Shown: one piece after another, positions 39,164-52,125 of the stretch | Numbering within the stretch: the stretch's first letter is position 1 | Layout of the letters: the number at the start of each line of letters is the position of its first letter | Source of the DNA: Paramecium tetraurelia | Lineage: Eukaryota | Direction of reading: 5' to 3' | DNA: 64,000 nt | NCBI GenBank assembly: GCA_000165425.1 | Contig: CT868027.1 | Span: 124,001-188,000, forward strand | Notes under the pieces: model-generated | The model's database searches: none | What the model saw: only the letters and a program-made list of their open reading frames with translations | What the model was told of the DNA's origin: nothing | Translations under genes and position numbers: made by a program

Positions 39164-40472
39164 TCATTATTACTCTGCCCATCTTGATGAATCTAATTCG
39201 TCAAATTTAACTAATAATTCAGGCTGGTCAACCTAGTCACTTTCAATTTAATCATGAGCATCTTGGATGTTGAGAAATAATGATTGGATCTACTTAGGCG
39301 CTTAATCAATTTTTTTAATATTTCCAAAATGATTTACTCCATCATTGGCATCATTTTCAGATGCTCCCCAAATATTTGTAATAGTTTTTTTTTAAGCATA
39401 TTTAATTGGTTATTAATGGCTATTTAAACTTGGTTTCTTTTTTATCTTATCTAATCTTTTAGGTAATGGTAAATAACTAAGTTTTTCTTCATCTTCTTTT
39501 TAGAGTATTTAATCATACATGGATAATTAAATTATTTGTTCATTTTATTCCCCTTTGAAAATAATTTAGCTGGTTTCTTATTCTAAAAAATCCATATTTA
39601 CTGCTTTTAATTCTATATTTTTCTCAATGATAAGTTTGTTATTCTCTATCTTTTGATGATCTGAAGAGGATTCTTTTTCTTGGATCTCTATTTAGTTCTA
39701 TTCTTGAGAAAGATTTTAAGAATTTATGCAATATTCTTAATTTTTTAATTCGTCTAGTTGTAGATTGGAACCTTAGTTACCTGATTACTAAGGTTATGTG
39801 ATATCTTCATTATTAGGGGTTTGTGCTAGTTGCTTGTCTTCTTTCGATTAATATATGGGTTTATCAAGATCTTTAGTTTCTGGATAGGATTGTTCTTTCT
39901 TTAATTTCAATTCTTGAGATGAGAATTAGGTGTTTTTTAAGTCTGCGAGATTGATGGCAAAAAGGTTGGAATAATAGGGGGTTCTTTGTCTTTACAGAAT
40001 ACTTTTTCCATTTGATCTGTATCGAATTGCTTCGAAATAGTTTAGCCAGAGCATGTAAATTTCATTTGATTATGCCACTAAAACAATGTATTTGTCGGTC
40101 AAATAAATCGTAAATCCAAAGGCTTCTTTCCACTCAACTCCTTAATTGGAGAGAGCATAATGTGGTTTATCAGAAACAGACTGTACTTCCTAAAATGAAT
40201 AGCAAAGATACTTCAAAGGGGATATAGGTGATATCATTAAGAGAGTATCGTTCTTTGTTGGAATAGTAGAGTGTAATTTCAAGGAGATTTAGAGTAAAGT
40301 AGCGTTTATTGTAATCTTAAAATATTCTTGAAAGGCCTGGAAGTGGTTTCATCTTTTTAAACCAATCTGATATTTGAGGCTTAAGAGTTTAAGTGTATCG
40401 TTGATCAATAATAAACTTGGAATGCACTAAGTCCCTCTGAGTTCTTTCCAAATATTTTATTTTTTTAGACAT
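39164..40472 (-). CDS. PH-domain protein with low-complexity tail
   Basis: DWFKKMK...NKRYFTL...LYYS...FGFTIY...LVAQSNEIYMLWLNYF follows the PH pattern; one intron; ends WAEQQ-TGA. Confidence 0.75.
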
Positions 40473-40566
40473 TCTTAATTAAGTAATATAGTTATTTAGA
40501 TAAATTACACTTATGAACAAATTATTTCTGATGCTTTTGATTATTAATTGTAATATTAATTTTATT

Positions 40567-41928
40567 ATGAAGATCTATAAATCATTTGCATTTGATCAAA
40601 ACATTCCCTAGACCGATTACGAGAAGTACATCAACCCTGACGACCTGTTGAATGAGAGCTTCGAGGAATTGAAGGGAGAGTTCAAAAATTACAGAACCAA
40701 GAAAGGAAGAGACATAATCAAACAAGAGATGGAAATGAGAAAGTAACTGCAAATGAAGAGTATCACAATAAATTTATAGTAGGGAAAAAAAATTAATCTG
40801 GGTTAGTGGTCTAACAAAAAAAGCATGAGGATTAGGATAATCAAAAAGACATGTTAGGAAACATTGGATTGTTGATTCGGTAGTAAGAGAGGAAGTGCAA
40901 ATAAATTAAAAAGGAAGTGCAGTCGCGTACATAATTGAATATAGACATGCAGCAAACTTTGGTTAGGACTATACAACGATGAAACAGAAAATCCAGTAAT
41001 TTATTTATGGGGACAATTTAGGAAGACTGATGTGACAAAATAACCAATATTCAGTTAAGAAGACTTTGCTAAGTTGATTCAAAGGGAAGATGAGGATGAA
41101 TTGATTTAAACATAAACAAGGACCATGCATAAACCTAGAGAGTATTAATATTCTTGATAACATTAGGGGTTTCAAGTCTCGATTCATTGAGAAGTAAATT
41201 CCAATGTATAAGAATATGGAGCAGTCCTCTGAAATCGATTCAAAAAAGTAAATGGACAGCAAAATATTGACTAAATCAAATAAGACGATTAAACAGTATA
41301 ATACCTAATCAGAATTCACATAGATTTGGTCTTTAGTAATCTCGAGAGTCCCCTACCAACGCGATGTTTGAAGGCGAGGCTAAACGCATATCGAAATCAT
41401 ATCTCTATAAGACTTGGCTTAAAGGAGAAGAGGCATAAAATAAGAAGTTCAAGAAGCCAAGGAGGACTGAGTCTTATCATAAGGCAGCTGCTTAAAGGGA
41501 AGAGATAAAGAGTTAATTGAAGGAAAGAGCCTAAGTGGCATTCAAACGTTATGAAAGTATGGGGAAGAGTATTACATTTATTAAAATCTTAAGCATGGGA
41601 AAAGTTCGGAGTATTTTCATAGGACATTTTGGATTTCAGAATGCAGACTTTAAAAGAGGCTAAAATCTAAAGATTGTATTAAATTAAAAATAATCAAGAT
41701 TACTTGAGTAATAAGAACATGATCTTAAGAAGGTCGAATCTAATGAGTAATTAATTTATGTATTTTAAAAGACAGAGAGACCCGGACATGCTCACTCGAT
41801 TAGTGAAAGTGATCACTAAACCTAATTCAGATAACAAAGAAGAAGTCAAAACTAACTTTGAGTATCATGAACAAAGACTTAAGGATATGAGAACGAGGAC
41901 TAGATAAATTTAGAGAGCTGGATTTTGA
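40567..41928 (+). CDS. Hypothetical protein
   Basis: MKIYKSFAFDQNIP... to ...IQRAGF-TGA, long code-6 ORF; no domain recognised. Confidence 0.65.
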
Positions 41929-41948
41929 ATAATTATATTTATAAATTA

Positions 41949-42140
41949 ATGCTATAAAGATAAAAACATGAACTCAAGGAATAATTTCAGGATAGAAAGA
42001 GGATTTATGAAGTAGTCTACAAAAAGAATGCTGACAGAGCAATCGTATTGAGCAATGTTTATGTTAATATCAAATACATGGGGAACAAATATTCAAAAGA
42101 ATTAGAGGATGAGTTGAATTAATATATAGCATTGTTATGA
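41949..42140 (+). CDS. 63-aa stand-alone XRN2-binding domain (XTBD)-like micro-protein
   Basis: MLQRQKHELKEQFQDRKRIYEVVYKKNADRAIVLSNVYVNIKYMGNKYSKELEDELNQYIALL matches the XTBD pattern E...F..R..(F/I)...LS....N...(L/M)G..Y....l by eye. Confidence 0.7.
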
Positions 42141-42182
42141 AAATTTGAGATATAAATTAAATCTTTTTTTTTAAAAAGTATT

Positions 42183-42768
42183 ATGATCATCTAGGTGGGT
42201 CACCTTAATGGAGAGGTGAAAACATACAACTTAGCAGATTAGAGTACTGCAGCTGAATTAATGAATGTTTTGAACTCTGAATTGGCATGTCAAGTTCAAT
42301 TGGTTTAATCTGGAGAATTAGTCAATGCATCCTCAATTTTGGCAGGTGAAAGAATCTATTATGTCACCGTTGATGCAGAAGGAGGTAAGAAAAAGAAGAA
42401 AAAGAAGAAGAATTTTGCCAAGCCCAAAAAGAAGAAGCACCGACACCGAAAAGTTAAGTTGGCTACCCTCAAATTATACAACGTCGACAATAAGGGTGTT
42501 GTCCAAAGATCTCACAAATAATGTCCTCAATGTCCATAAGGTGTTTACATGGCCAAACACTTTGACAGACATTATTGTGGTACTTGCCACCAAACCTTCA
42601 GAATGGACGAAGCTACAGTAAGATTAATAACTATTTTTTAAGATTAAAGCCAACTTAGAAGCAATCAAAAAATAATAAGCTCTCAAAGCTGCTTAAGCCG
42701 CCGCTGCTGCCCCAGCTGGTGGTGCTGCCGATAAAGCTGCTGGAGGAAAAAAAGGAAAGAAGAAGTGA
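42183..42768 (+). CDS. RPS27A: 40S ribosomal protein eS31 (S27a) fused to a divergent ubiquitin-like domain
   Basis: GG-KKKKKKKNFAKPKKKKHRHRKVKLATLKLY, zinc ribbon CPQC...YMAKHFDRHYCGTC; intron 42618-42642; Ala/Lys-rich tail. Confidence 0.95.
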
Positions 42769-43591
42769 AATATATATTATCTAGTATATTAATACACAAT
42801 TTATCAAATAATAAAATCTCAAAGGTTTTCATCCTTATTCTCTTATTTTTTGTATAATTAAGCTAAAAATAATTTCAATTTCTTCAAAGAGTTCAATGGA
42901 TTATAGTATTAATTTATTTCATTTAAATATTATCTTTTCTTTTTTCATACTTACAGCTTGACTCTTAGCATTTTGAACCTATAAAATAATTAATCAATAA
43001 CCATAATCAGTTCCTATCATATGAAAATTCTAAGAAGTAATATCTACTATTTTACTAATGTAAATAATTTATTTATAAGAGAACTATAAACTATACAATT
43101 ACATGATGAACCTTCTACTTATAGATAATACTCTTAGATTTTTGAAACTCTGATTCTATCTTGATATTTTAAGAAAATGGATTTTGATAAATAACAAATT
43201 AATAAAAATATTAGACTTGTATTCTTCATTCAATATCCTTCTGAATTACTATACCTATTTTGTCTTCAATAACTCAGATAATAATTTTGGACTAGTACTT
43301 TTTAGATCAAAAGTTGCAACTACAATATTCTTTAGTTTTATAATTAACAATCTAACTAAGCTAGGTTTCAATTGATTTTCTTTAAAATATAGCTTGGTAT
43401 ATAATTTTCTAAATTATCTGAATAATATACGCCTAAAAACAAGATTGGCATAAATTATTAACTTCTAAAGAGTTGAGGGATACCAATAATATGACATCAT
43501 TTTCTAAAAAAATGATGTAAGATACTCTTAAAAAATAAAGGAATGGAGATTTGCTTAATATTATGTAATACATGATTATAATTTTAATATT

Positions 43592-44577
43592 ATGAATTTA
43601 ATCAATTAATGTTAATAATCTAATATTTCATGCATATGTTATTCAATTTTAGTTGGATATGCTACTATAATTACACTAATAGCCTTTAAAGCTATAAACA
43701 GAATGATTTAGTCTTCAACTAGTATTCAAGAATTAACTCCGATGATATTATGCATTGTGTAATCTCTCTTACATATTATTCAATATGCTGTGACTGAAAA
43801 TAATACCATACAAATAATTACACTCTATTTTTAAATCCTTATTTTCACATCGATTTCCTTTTTATTTGCAAAATTGTGCTTTTAAGTGAAGACTGGGACA
43901 CTTATTTTGAGAAGCTTTAAATTGTTTAAAATTCTACAATTTATTTTTTATGGAATAATTTTGGTATTTTAAGTATTTGCCTTAATATTGTCAAACAAGG
44001 ACTCATGTGATAAGTATAGAAACTTCTTAATAACATAGATATTATTATCTTAGTATAATTCTAATTATTGTTTAACAGATATCCTCTACAATCATTACAG
44101 CATATTTTGGAATTAATTTACTCAAAAAACTCCAAAGAGTAAGCTAATACATACAATTTAAAACCATGAATCCGAAAGCGTATTCATTTAATAAATCTTA
44201 GTGTTTATGATTCATATGTAAAAATGTCCTTGTGTAATCCAAGCGCTACAATCATTGAACCAAGAGAATTGATTTAGACAAACAAGTAAATTAAAATTGT
44301 CCTATGGCTAATGTTAACAACCATTATATTATATATATCCTTCATTTTAATCGCTATACTAGTATTCAAAAAAGTGACTTGTGAGCATTCAATTGATAAG
44401 AATAATTACAACATCTTAGTCGTAGTCTATGGAATCATTTAAATGACTCCATGTCTAGTGATTCCTTATGCATTTGGATTTATTCCACAAGTATCGGCTC
44501 AAGGTTAAGATTACGATGATTCCATCATAATTTTAGACAACTCATAGGCAAAATCAAAAGATTCTATTCAAATTTGA
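43592..44577 (+). CDS. Multi-pass (about 7 TM) membrane protein, GPCR-like topology
   Basis: Successive hydrophobic helices (YSILVGYATIITLIAF, MILCIVQSLLHII, IITLYFQILIFTSISFLF, ...), long third loop, PCLVIPYAFGF; one intron near 44014. Confidence 0.65.
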
Positions 44578-45000
44578 ATTTCATATATGGTGTAACTAAG
44601 ATAATTATATATCAATTGATTCAGTATTGAAATTATTATAAAACAAACAAAAATGAATAGTTATAAAAATAACTAATTCTAAGATCATTAAATATATATT
44701 TTAGATCTCAAGTATTTTTCTTGTGTTAAGAATTTATTCATATTAAAAATATAGCTAGTTCTCCTGGAAGTTAAAATTTAATTTCTAAATAATGCTATCT
44801 ACTATATTTATATTCTTTTATTTCAATGTAGTAGATCCAAATATATCTGCTATATCATAAATCCTTTTTATTTTTAGTTTCTGAAAATAGAGTATTCTAT
44901 TGTGCAGATATTCACTTTTAATACATCAAATTTTAGTTTAAATTTTAATTTAACTTTTGATCATTGATAAAATTAATTGAATCCTTAAATAAATGACAAA

Positions 45001-46855
45001 ATGCAAAATTTTGGTTAGAGATATACAAATAAGTTTGAGAAAAAAAAAAATTAAAGAATTAATTAAAAATTATAAAATTAATGAATAAAAACATTTGTAT
45101 CAAATTACATCCAGTCAACTTACATTCGAATGCTAAGTTTATTACTTTAAATCGAATATATAGTTGAAAAATTCATAGGTAATTTATTTTTATCACCAAT
45201 GATATTTTTTATCTAGATTTTAGAGAAATAACTCAATTAAGAATTCTTATAAGTTAAAAAGTTGATATCAATATCTTCTATTAATGTACAAAACTTATTC
45301 ATAATAATATTCTACTATTGTATAATTTTTAATAATTTAATAATTATTTGAAAATTCTAGTTCGAAAAAGATGAATTAGAAAAGCTTTTTAACTTGGTTC
45401 TAATTATTATTAAAAAGTGATTAACCTATTGTATTGGACTAATCTAATTGGCTTGGTTTTGTTAGTGATGTGCTGGATGTAATCTGCAGCTTTTTAATGA
45501 ATAAAAATGATTCTAAAGGTGACATATTTTAAAGACAACAAATTTAATCTATAATCGAGTTACTCTAAAAGTTGATTTCTATTCTAAAAAATTTCAATGA
45601 AAATAGCATAAATGAATTGTTGAAGTTTATATTTTTAGTATTTCTAACTAAATATTTAATAGGTATCTAAGGAAATTCCAGAACTTGAATAATTAAATGT
45701 TGAAATGGATGAAGAGGATTAATATTAGATGTTTCAAGAATTGAATCTAACAGATAATGAAATTATATAGTTAAATTTTTCTAAATATGAACTTCTTTAA
45801 ATAGTTGAACATGTTGAAGAAAAGTATAAATAGACTAAAGAATAATTGGAGTAAATCTTACCATAGTTTGAAAAAGCTTAGGAGAGCCTTAAATTATCAA
45901 TAATTGCAAAGGAGGAAGAAAATAAAATGCTGAATAAATGTAAATGTTTTTAATTATTTTAGAAATTGAAGAATTAGTTGCAGAAATTGATCGATTAAGT
46001 ATCATCAATACTGACTAATAAACTATTCTAAATTAAATTAGTGAATAACATCAATGCAATCCAGATCATAGTTAATTGTTGCAGTATTTACAAAGGTAAA
46101 TATCAATTATATAATTTAGGCAACATAGCGTTATATAGGAATAGGAACATGAATTAGAAGAATTGCGTAAGATCTTTGCTAAAAAACAATTAAATAATAT
46201 CTTTTAAGACAAAGAAAATTATACTAATGTTTAAACATTAGAAAGCAGAATATTTATTTATTCAGAAAAATTAAAAGAATTAAATTAATTGGTTCAAACA
46301 CTACAAAAAGATTTGGTCAAATTAGAAATTTAAAAATCTTTAGTTGAGAAGAAATTAGAAGAAACAACCTAACAAAAAGATTCAGAAATACAAAAACTTA
46401 AATTAGAAATTGATGACATCTAATTACAGAACCAAAAACTATAATCTGAAATAAATACAAGATCTAAAGTTCTTTCGATTGATTCCTAATCATCTTAACA
46501 TTTATTGGCTTAGGAACTTTAAGAGAGTCATGTAAAGATTCAGAATTATGAAAAGAATACTGATGGAATGTAAACAAATGCAGCATATCTATCATAAATT
46601 GAAGAACACTTTTTAGCCGAAAAGGAACAGTATCATTAAATAATATATAATTTGATGGCTGATTAAAAAAAATAGGAAAAACTGTATAATGATTTGCAGA
46701 AAGAAAATAATTAAATTTAGCAAAATTATCAACATTTGTTAAAAATAAAATATGAAACAGGAAACCTGACTCCTAAAATTAAGAAATTAGAACTCTAAAA
46801 TGAATTACTTAAAAAAATAGTGGATGGGTTTATTTAGACAAATAGTTAATCTTGA
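45001..46855 (+). CDS. Long coiled-coil Q/E/K-rich protein (5' end uncertain)
   Basis: Heptad-rich open frames ending ...QTNSQS-TGA at 46855. The 5' frame breaks at the A11 run 45040-45050. Confidence 0.5.
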
Positions 46856-47103
46856 ATTATATATAAAATAAATATGTTTTTAATTTTATTAAAAATAAAA
46901 ATTGTTCTAAATTTCTACATTTACTGTTAATTAGCTATTATTACTATCAGAGCAAAGTTCTTGTCTAAAATGAAAATATAATATTATCAAATTTAACATA
47001 CAAATTCTTAAGTAACAACAACGAAATTTAGAGAGCAACTATTATTAATAATTTTTAACCGCTTTTATTCTAAAGCTAGAAGATTAAGATTAAAATCATT
47101 AAT

Positions 47104-48186
47104 ATGATTTAATAATTTAAAATAAAAGGAACTAAATCAACCTATATAATCTATGATAAGATCCTGGGTAAAGGGGCTTATGGCATCGTATTATTAGCAA
47201 AAACCCTAAATTCTGGAAAGTAGTTTGATGCTAAAATTGTAAAATATTGTTTTTTCATAATTTTAAGATAAACAAAAAGTCGCTCAGTCCAACTGACATA
47301 GTAAATTTGAGGAATGAGATCAATATATAATCCAAATTGTCTCATGCCAATATTGTTTCAATGGTAGATGCTTGTGAAGATAATGATTACTTATACATGC
47401 TGCTTGAGTACTGTAACGGAGGATGCTTATTTACAAATATGCAATTAAACGGTCCATTAAACGAAGAAAAAGCCTACAAATACTTTGTTTAAATAGTATA
47501 AGCTGTACAATATTTGCATTCAAATAAAATTCTTCATCGAGATATTAAAGTGTCTTATTTTCTTTACGTTAGTTATCTAATTTACTTTTAGACAAAGAAG
47601 ACTAGATCAAATTGGCTGACTTTACATGGAGTACTTCTCTTTCTTTAGGATATTCGTCCCCTTAAATATGTGGAACAACAGAAGAGATGCCACCTGAAGT
47701 TATTAAAAAAGGATTCTAAAATTAAAAACTAGACATTTGGAGTTTAGGAATAGTTCTCTATGTATTTAGTTTATTAACATTATAGGAAAAGCTTCATAAT
47801 GATCTCCCTAAAAATGGATAATTTTTTCTCAAGCAGGGAATTAGTGAGGAATGCAAATAATTAATGAAGTAGATGTTAGAAGTGGATATGGCAAAAAGAC
47901 CTTCAGCTGAAGAAATACTTTCCAGTCCATGGATTCAAAAGTTCCAAAGAAATAACAGACTGATCATCAATACTTGCAGAAGTTATTCTGGATTCAAAGA
48001 CAAAATGGGATCTCCAAATAAATTGTTTAAATAGGTTCTCCAATGGCTTCTCCTTTGAGAACTGCTTTTGGGTCACCTTTTGGATCACCTTTAAATTCTC
48101 CACTGCGAAAAGGCAAAATCGAAAAAAAGCAAGGATCAAATGATCCAGAGGAAAAATACAGATTTAGTAATTAAAAACTTTACTGA
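47104..48186 (+). CDS. Aurora-like Ser/Thr kinase (DFG changed to DFT), frameshift in the C-terminal tail
   Basis: ILGKGAYGIV, LEYCNGG, HRDIK|LSN, LADFTWS, CGTTEEMPPE and DIWSLG. The kinase frame stops at TGA 48056-48058; an SP-rich tail in the -1 frame runs to TGA 48184-48186. Confidence 0.8.
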
Positions 48187-49156
48187 TTTTTACCTTTAAT
48201 ATCTTTCTATACATATAAATCTGTAACATAATAATTAGTATTATCTTTAATAATACTAAATTAATTTAAATTCTACATTTATTTTGGTAATAAAGTGATT
48301 CCTAGATTATGTTAATAGTTTTTATTTATTATCTTTTTCAATTTACCAATATTCTATAGGTGTTATAGCAAAATATGATGCTACTAATATTATTCAGAAT
48401 TTAATTTTCCTATATTCAGCGTAAGATACTGGTTTACAGGATTTCTGATTACTTTTTCAATTGGAATATATAATTGCTTACCTGCTCTGCTTGTCATTTA
48501 CATTACATAAAATTTAAGAGTTAATATATCACATTGTCAAAGTTGGATTGAATTTTCTCTATTTAAAAGAATCGCAACTAAATAAGTAGCAAATATTTTG
48601 AGCAAATAAATAAGAATAAATTTATTCTCATCGTAGAGCAACACATTGATTTTATAAAAATATAAGTAGGTTTGTTATATAAATTAATAATAAATACAAT
48701 AAGCGAAACTAACCTTTACCTTTCAAATGTGAATGTAAAATGAGAACTGTTTAAATAACAATATTAGTCCAAAGCTGACTCATATATATTAAAGATAAAG
48801 AATATTTTATCTAAATTTAAAAAGAAATTCTTAGATCATTTGAAAAAGCTATATAGATTTGGATAATCGTAGTAATCAAGCAAATACATTACAGAAATAA
48901 TTTGTTACTAGTTTTGTGTTGTGAAATAAAAAAAATAAAAATGCTGGATTAGTTTAAAATTAGTGTGAGATGAATAGAAGACTGAATGATTTATATAGAT
49001 AATTTGAAGAATGTTGCTTAAATTGGTTATAAATATTTGATTAAATTCTCAAGTAATGAAGAAATGTTATATAATATCTTTGAAAAGACGTGAATGGAAA
49101 TATGTTTAATTTAATTTTGATAATCATTAATTAGATTAAATTATTGTGAATAAACA

Positions 49157-50070
49157 ATGTAAATGGGGAACAAAGTTTTTGTTTTTACATAACAAGATTT
49201 CTAAAAATGTTTTGTTGTCAATTTAAACCCTCCCCTAGGCTAAGGACATGATGCAAGAGTCTATTTGGCTATGCATAAGAAGACAGGTGAAATGTTTGCT
49301 TTAAAAGTACTAACAAATCTGTCGCAAGATCATATCATAAATCTCTAGGTTTTTTTACATTTTATTTAGCGAACGAAATACAAATACTTAAGCGCATTGA
49401 TAATCCAGGAACAGTTTTACTGAAGGGACATTCTGAGGATTATACTTGTGTTCTTTTGGAGTACATGCCTAATGAGACATTTTTAAAGATCCTAAAAAAG
49501 GGACCTTTTCCATTTCCTTTAGCAAAGACTTTGTCTGGCTACCTAATTAAGGTATTGGGAACCCTTCATACTGATGGGATTGCTCATTGCGACATAAAAC
49601 CGGAGAACATTTTGATTGCTGCTGACTATAATCTAAAACTGTGTGATTTTGGATTTGCCAGAGTCTCAAATTAAAATTTAAGACCTGCTGGTGGTACTCC
49701 AGGATACACTGCACCTGAATTGTATGTGAATGAGACAATTAATTTTTTTAAATGTGACATCTTTGCGTTGGGAGTAGTATTGTTTATAATAGCGATGGGA
49801 TTCCCTCCATTTTAAACGAATGATCCAAATTCAAGAGATGGGTGGTGGGCGTTAATCTATAATAAATAATATGAATTATTCTGGAGCAAATGCGAAGGTT
49901 TTAGATAACAACAATTTCCTAAAGAATTTAAGACGATGATTATGTCTATGTTGGAGATTGATCCCGATAAGAGGATATCTTTAGACAAGTTGCTGGAACA
50001 TGAATTCCTTGTGGATGGAGCAACTGAGGAGGAAGTATTAATGGAGATACAGAAGAGGGTGAAGGAATGA
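49157..50070 (+). CDS. Ser/Thr protein kinase (CAMK-like) with an apparent 1-nt frameshift near 49340
   Basis: [45 protein letters not shown] and DIFALG; TGA 50068-50070. Confidence 0.85.
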
Positions 50071-50343
50071 AAAATGAGAATAGAGATTAGCAAAATATTA
50101 TAAAATCATTTATTTAAAAAAATGTTTCGTATCTACAAACCATTCCTATATTCGATTCCAATTTTGGATTCAGTATTTTATATATAATAAGAATTACCTC
50201 TCATCTTTTAGAGGGAACTTAAAAATCCAAGGCCGAAGTGGAGGAGCATTTCCGCCCTTGATGTGATTATTCAATATCTTACGATAATTCAATGGATAAG
50301 TGCATCATAAAGCTAAACACTTTATTATTTATTTATTATATAT

Positions 50344-50556
50344 ATGCAAAGGCTTCTCAAACCAATAACCATATCTTAACCAATTCTACAAAGAATAGAG
50401 AACACGAGATCAGATTGCTCTTCTGATGAAGACCTTAGTTTTATTGAAACTCTAAGAGCTGAAGCTCAAAATCCCATGATAAAGAACTTCTAGGGAATGG
50501 AGTGCCTTGTGGATGACACAAAAGATATAGAAGAATTCCTTAATTCTCTTGATTGA
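50344..50556 (+). CDS. 70-aa acidic hypothetical protein
   Basis: MQRLLKPITISQPILQRIENTRSDCSSDEDLSF...IEEFLNSLD-TGA, AT-rich leader. Confidence 0.55.
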
Positions 50557-51210
50557 AACCAATGAAAACAAGGGAATACCCACTTGGGGGCATGAACCTT
50601 GTTTTCGACTGATTATAATCATAAAAACTTTTAATCAAAAACATTCTTCAAAATCTTTGCTAAACCCTCATGTTGCCTAGTTCTTTAAAGCCATGTCCAA
50701 GTATGGGCCAAAAATAACCTTTAATCATATACAATACAGATAAGCCAAGCATAGTGAATATGAAAGGCATTAGTAATATTTACATCATTCTAATGTTCGA
50801 ATTCAAACAATAAAAACATTTATTCCTTATATCCACACGATTCTTAATTGTGAACTAAGATAGGTTTTGTAAGTTCTCCTTTTGTTATCACAAATGGATA
50901 TATATTGAAAATTAAGCATACGTTTTTTGATCTTTTATATGAATAATTAAAAGATGATAATCTATATTTAATTACATCCCTTGTTGTAAGGGATTCACGA
51001 GAGGTCATAATTATACTAACACAATATTATTAAATAACTTAATCTTAATGTGTATAATTCCTAAAGAATTCTTAACTATTGCATTTTTTATAATTAAAAT
51101 TAACCTTTTGAAATAATATTGTTAAGTCCTTCAAGATAACTAAAATTATATGCTTCATGTTAATTTATAAACAATTTGAAATTATTTAGATGTATAATAA
51201 AAAATGAATC

Positions 51211-52125
51211 TCAGTCTGAATAATCATCATCCACCAAGGATAAGGTCTAGGTTTGAATTTCCTACTTAATATTTATCTCATCTTATTCTTCTTCTTTGGA
51301 TACGCCAACCTTCTCTCCATCCTTTTCACAACAGACCTACTTTTTGACAAACTTTGGTTTAACAAACTACTATTGCACTTATTTTGGCTATTATTGAATC
51401 ACAACTTATTTTAGATGTTAAGTAACACTATGCATTGTCTTATCTCTAAATGTGAAATACAATTATACTCTTTATCATCGACATCGGACACTCTCTTAAC
51501 TTTGAATTAATCTTTGAATTCTTTTTATTTTTCCCATTCTTCTTGAAGTTCAAGAGCATCTAAATCGTAAAAGAGTTATTTAAGCAACATGTCAGGAGTG
51601 AATTAAGTTTGTCTTCTGTTGAGTTGATGAGTGTCATCGATGGCATCTAAGATGTCCATTTCTTTCTTGGAGTCATGAGTCTTGTTTTCTAAGAATTTCA
51701 TGGAATCCCCTTGTTCTTCATTGGCTCTCATTTATTTAAGAACCTCTTCAGCTGCTTTTGCATCTCTATACGGATCGTAATTTCTGGTTCCTCCTCCTTC
51801 AACTATGTAATCATGATTTCGAGGATCAGTTTTAAAAGTAATTTCAGCATAGCAATATCTAATGGATGGATTGAATTGATTACGTGCATTTAAAGTAGAA
51901 TCGATGAATGAGAATACCCAGATAGTTTTCAGTCCAAACAGTCTCCTTCCTCATATTAAATTTGGTTCCGATGTAGAGATAATTACCACAATGGTTGCAT
52001 TTCACAGTCATTGGAAGCATATTTCTGACATTGTCTTATTTTCCTTTTGGACGATGATTGTTTGGCAATAACTTGGGATCAAAATCAGGCGGATAATATT
52101 TAACTAAAACTTTTCTTTCTGCCAT
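51211..52125 (-). CDS. YJU2: Splicing factor YJU2/CWC16 (CCDC94)
   Basis: MAERKVLVKYYPPDFDP, RNMLPMTVKCNHCGNYLYIGTKFN, YLGILIHRFYFKC and ITFKTDPRNHDY. Confidence 0.93.

Noticed and set aside
48026..48037. Euplotes-style programmed frameshift at AAA TAG
   Set aside because: TAG encodes Gln in this genome, and the required shift is -1/+2 rather than the usual +1; an indel is simpler.
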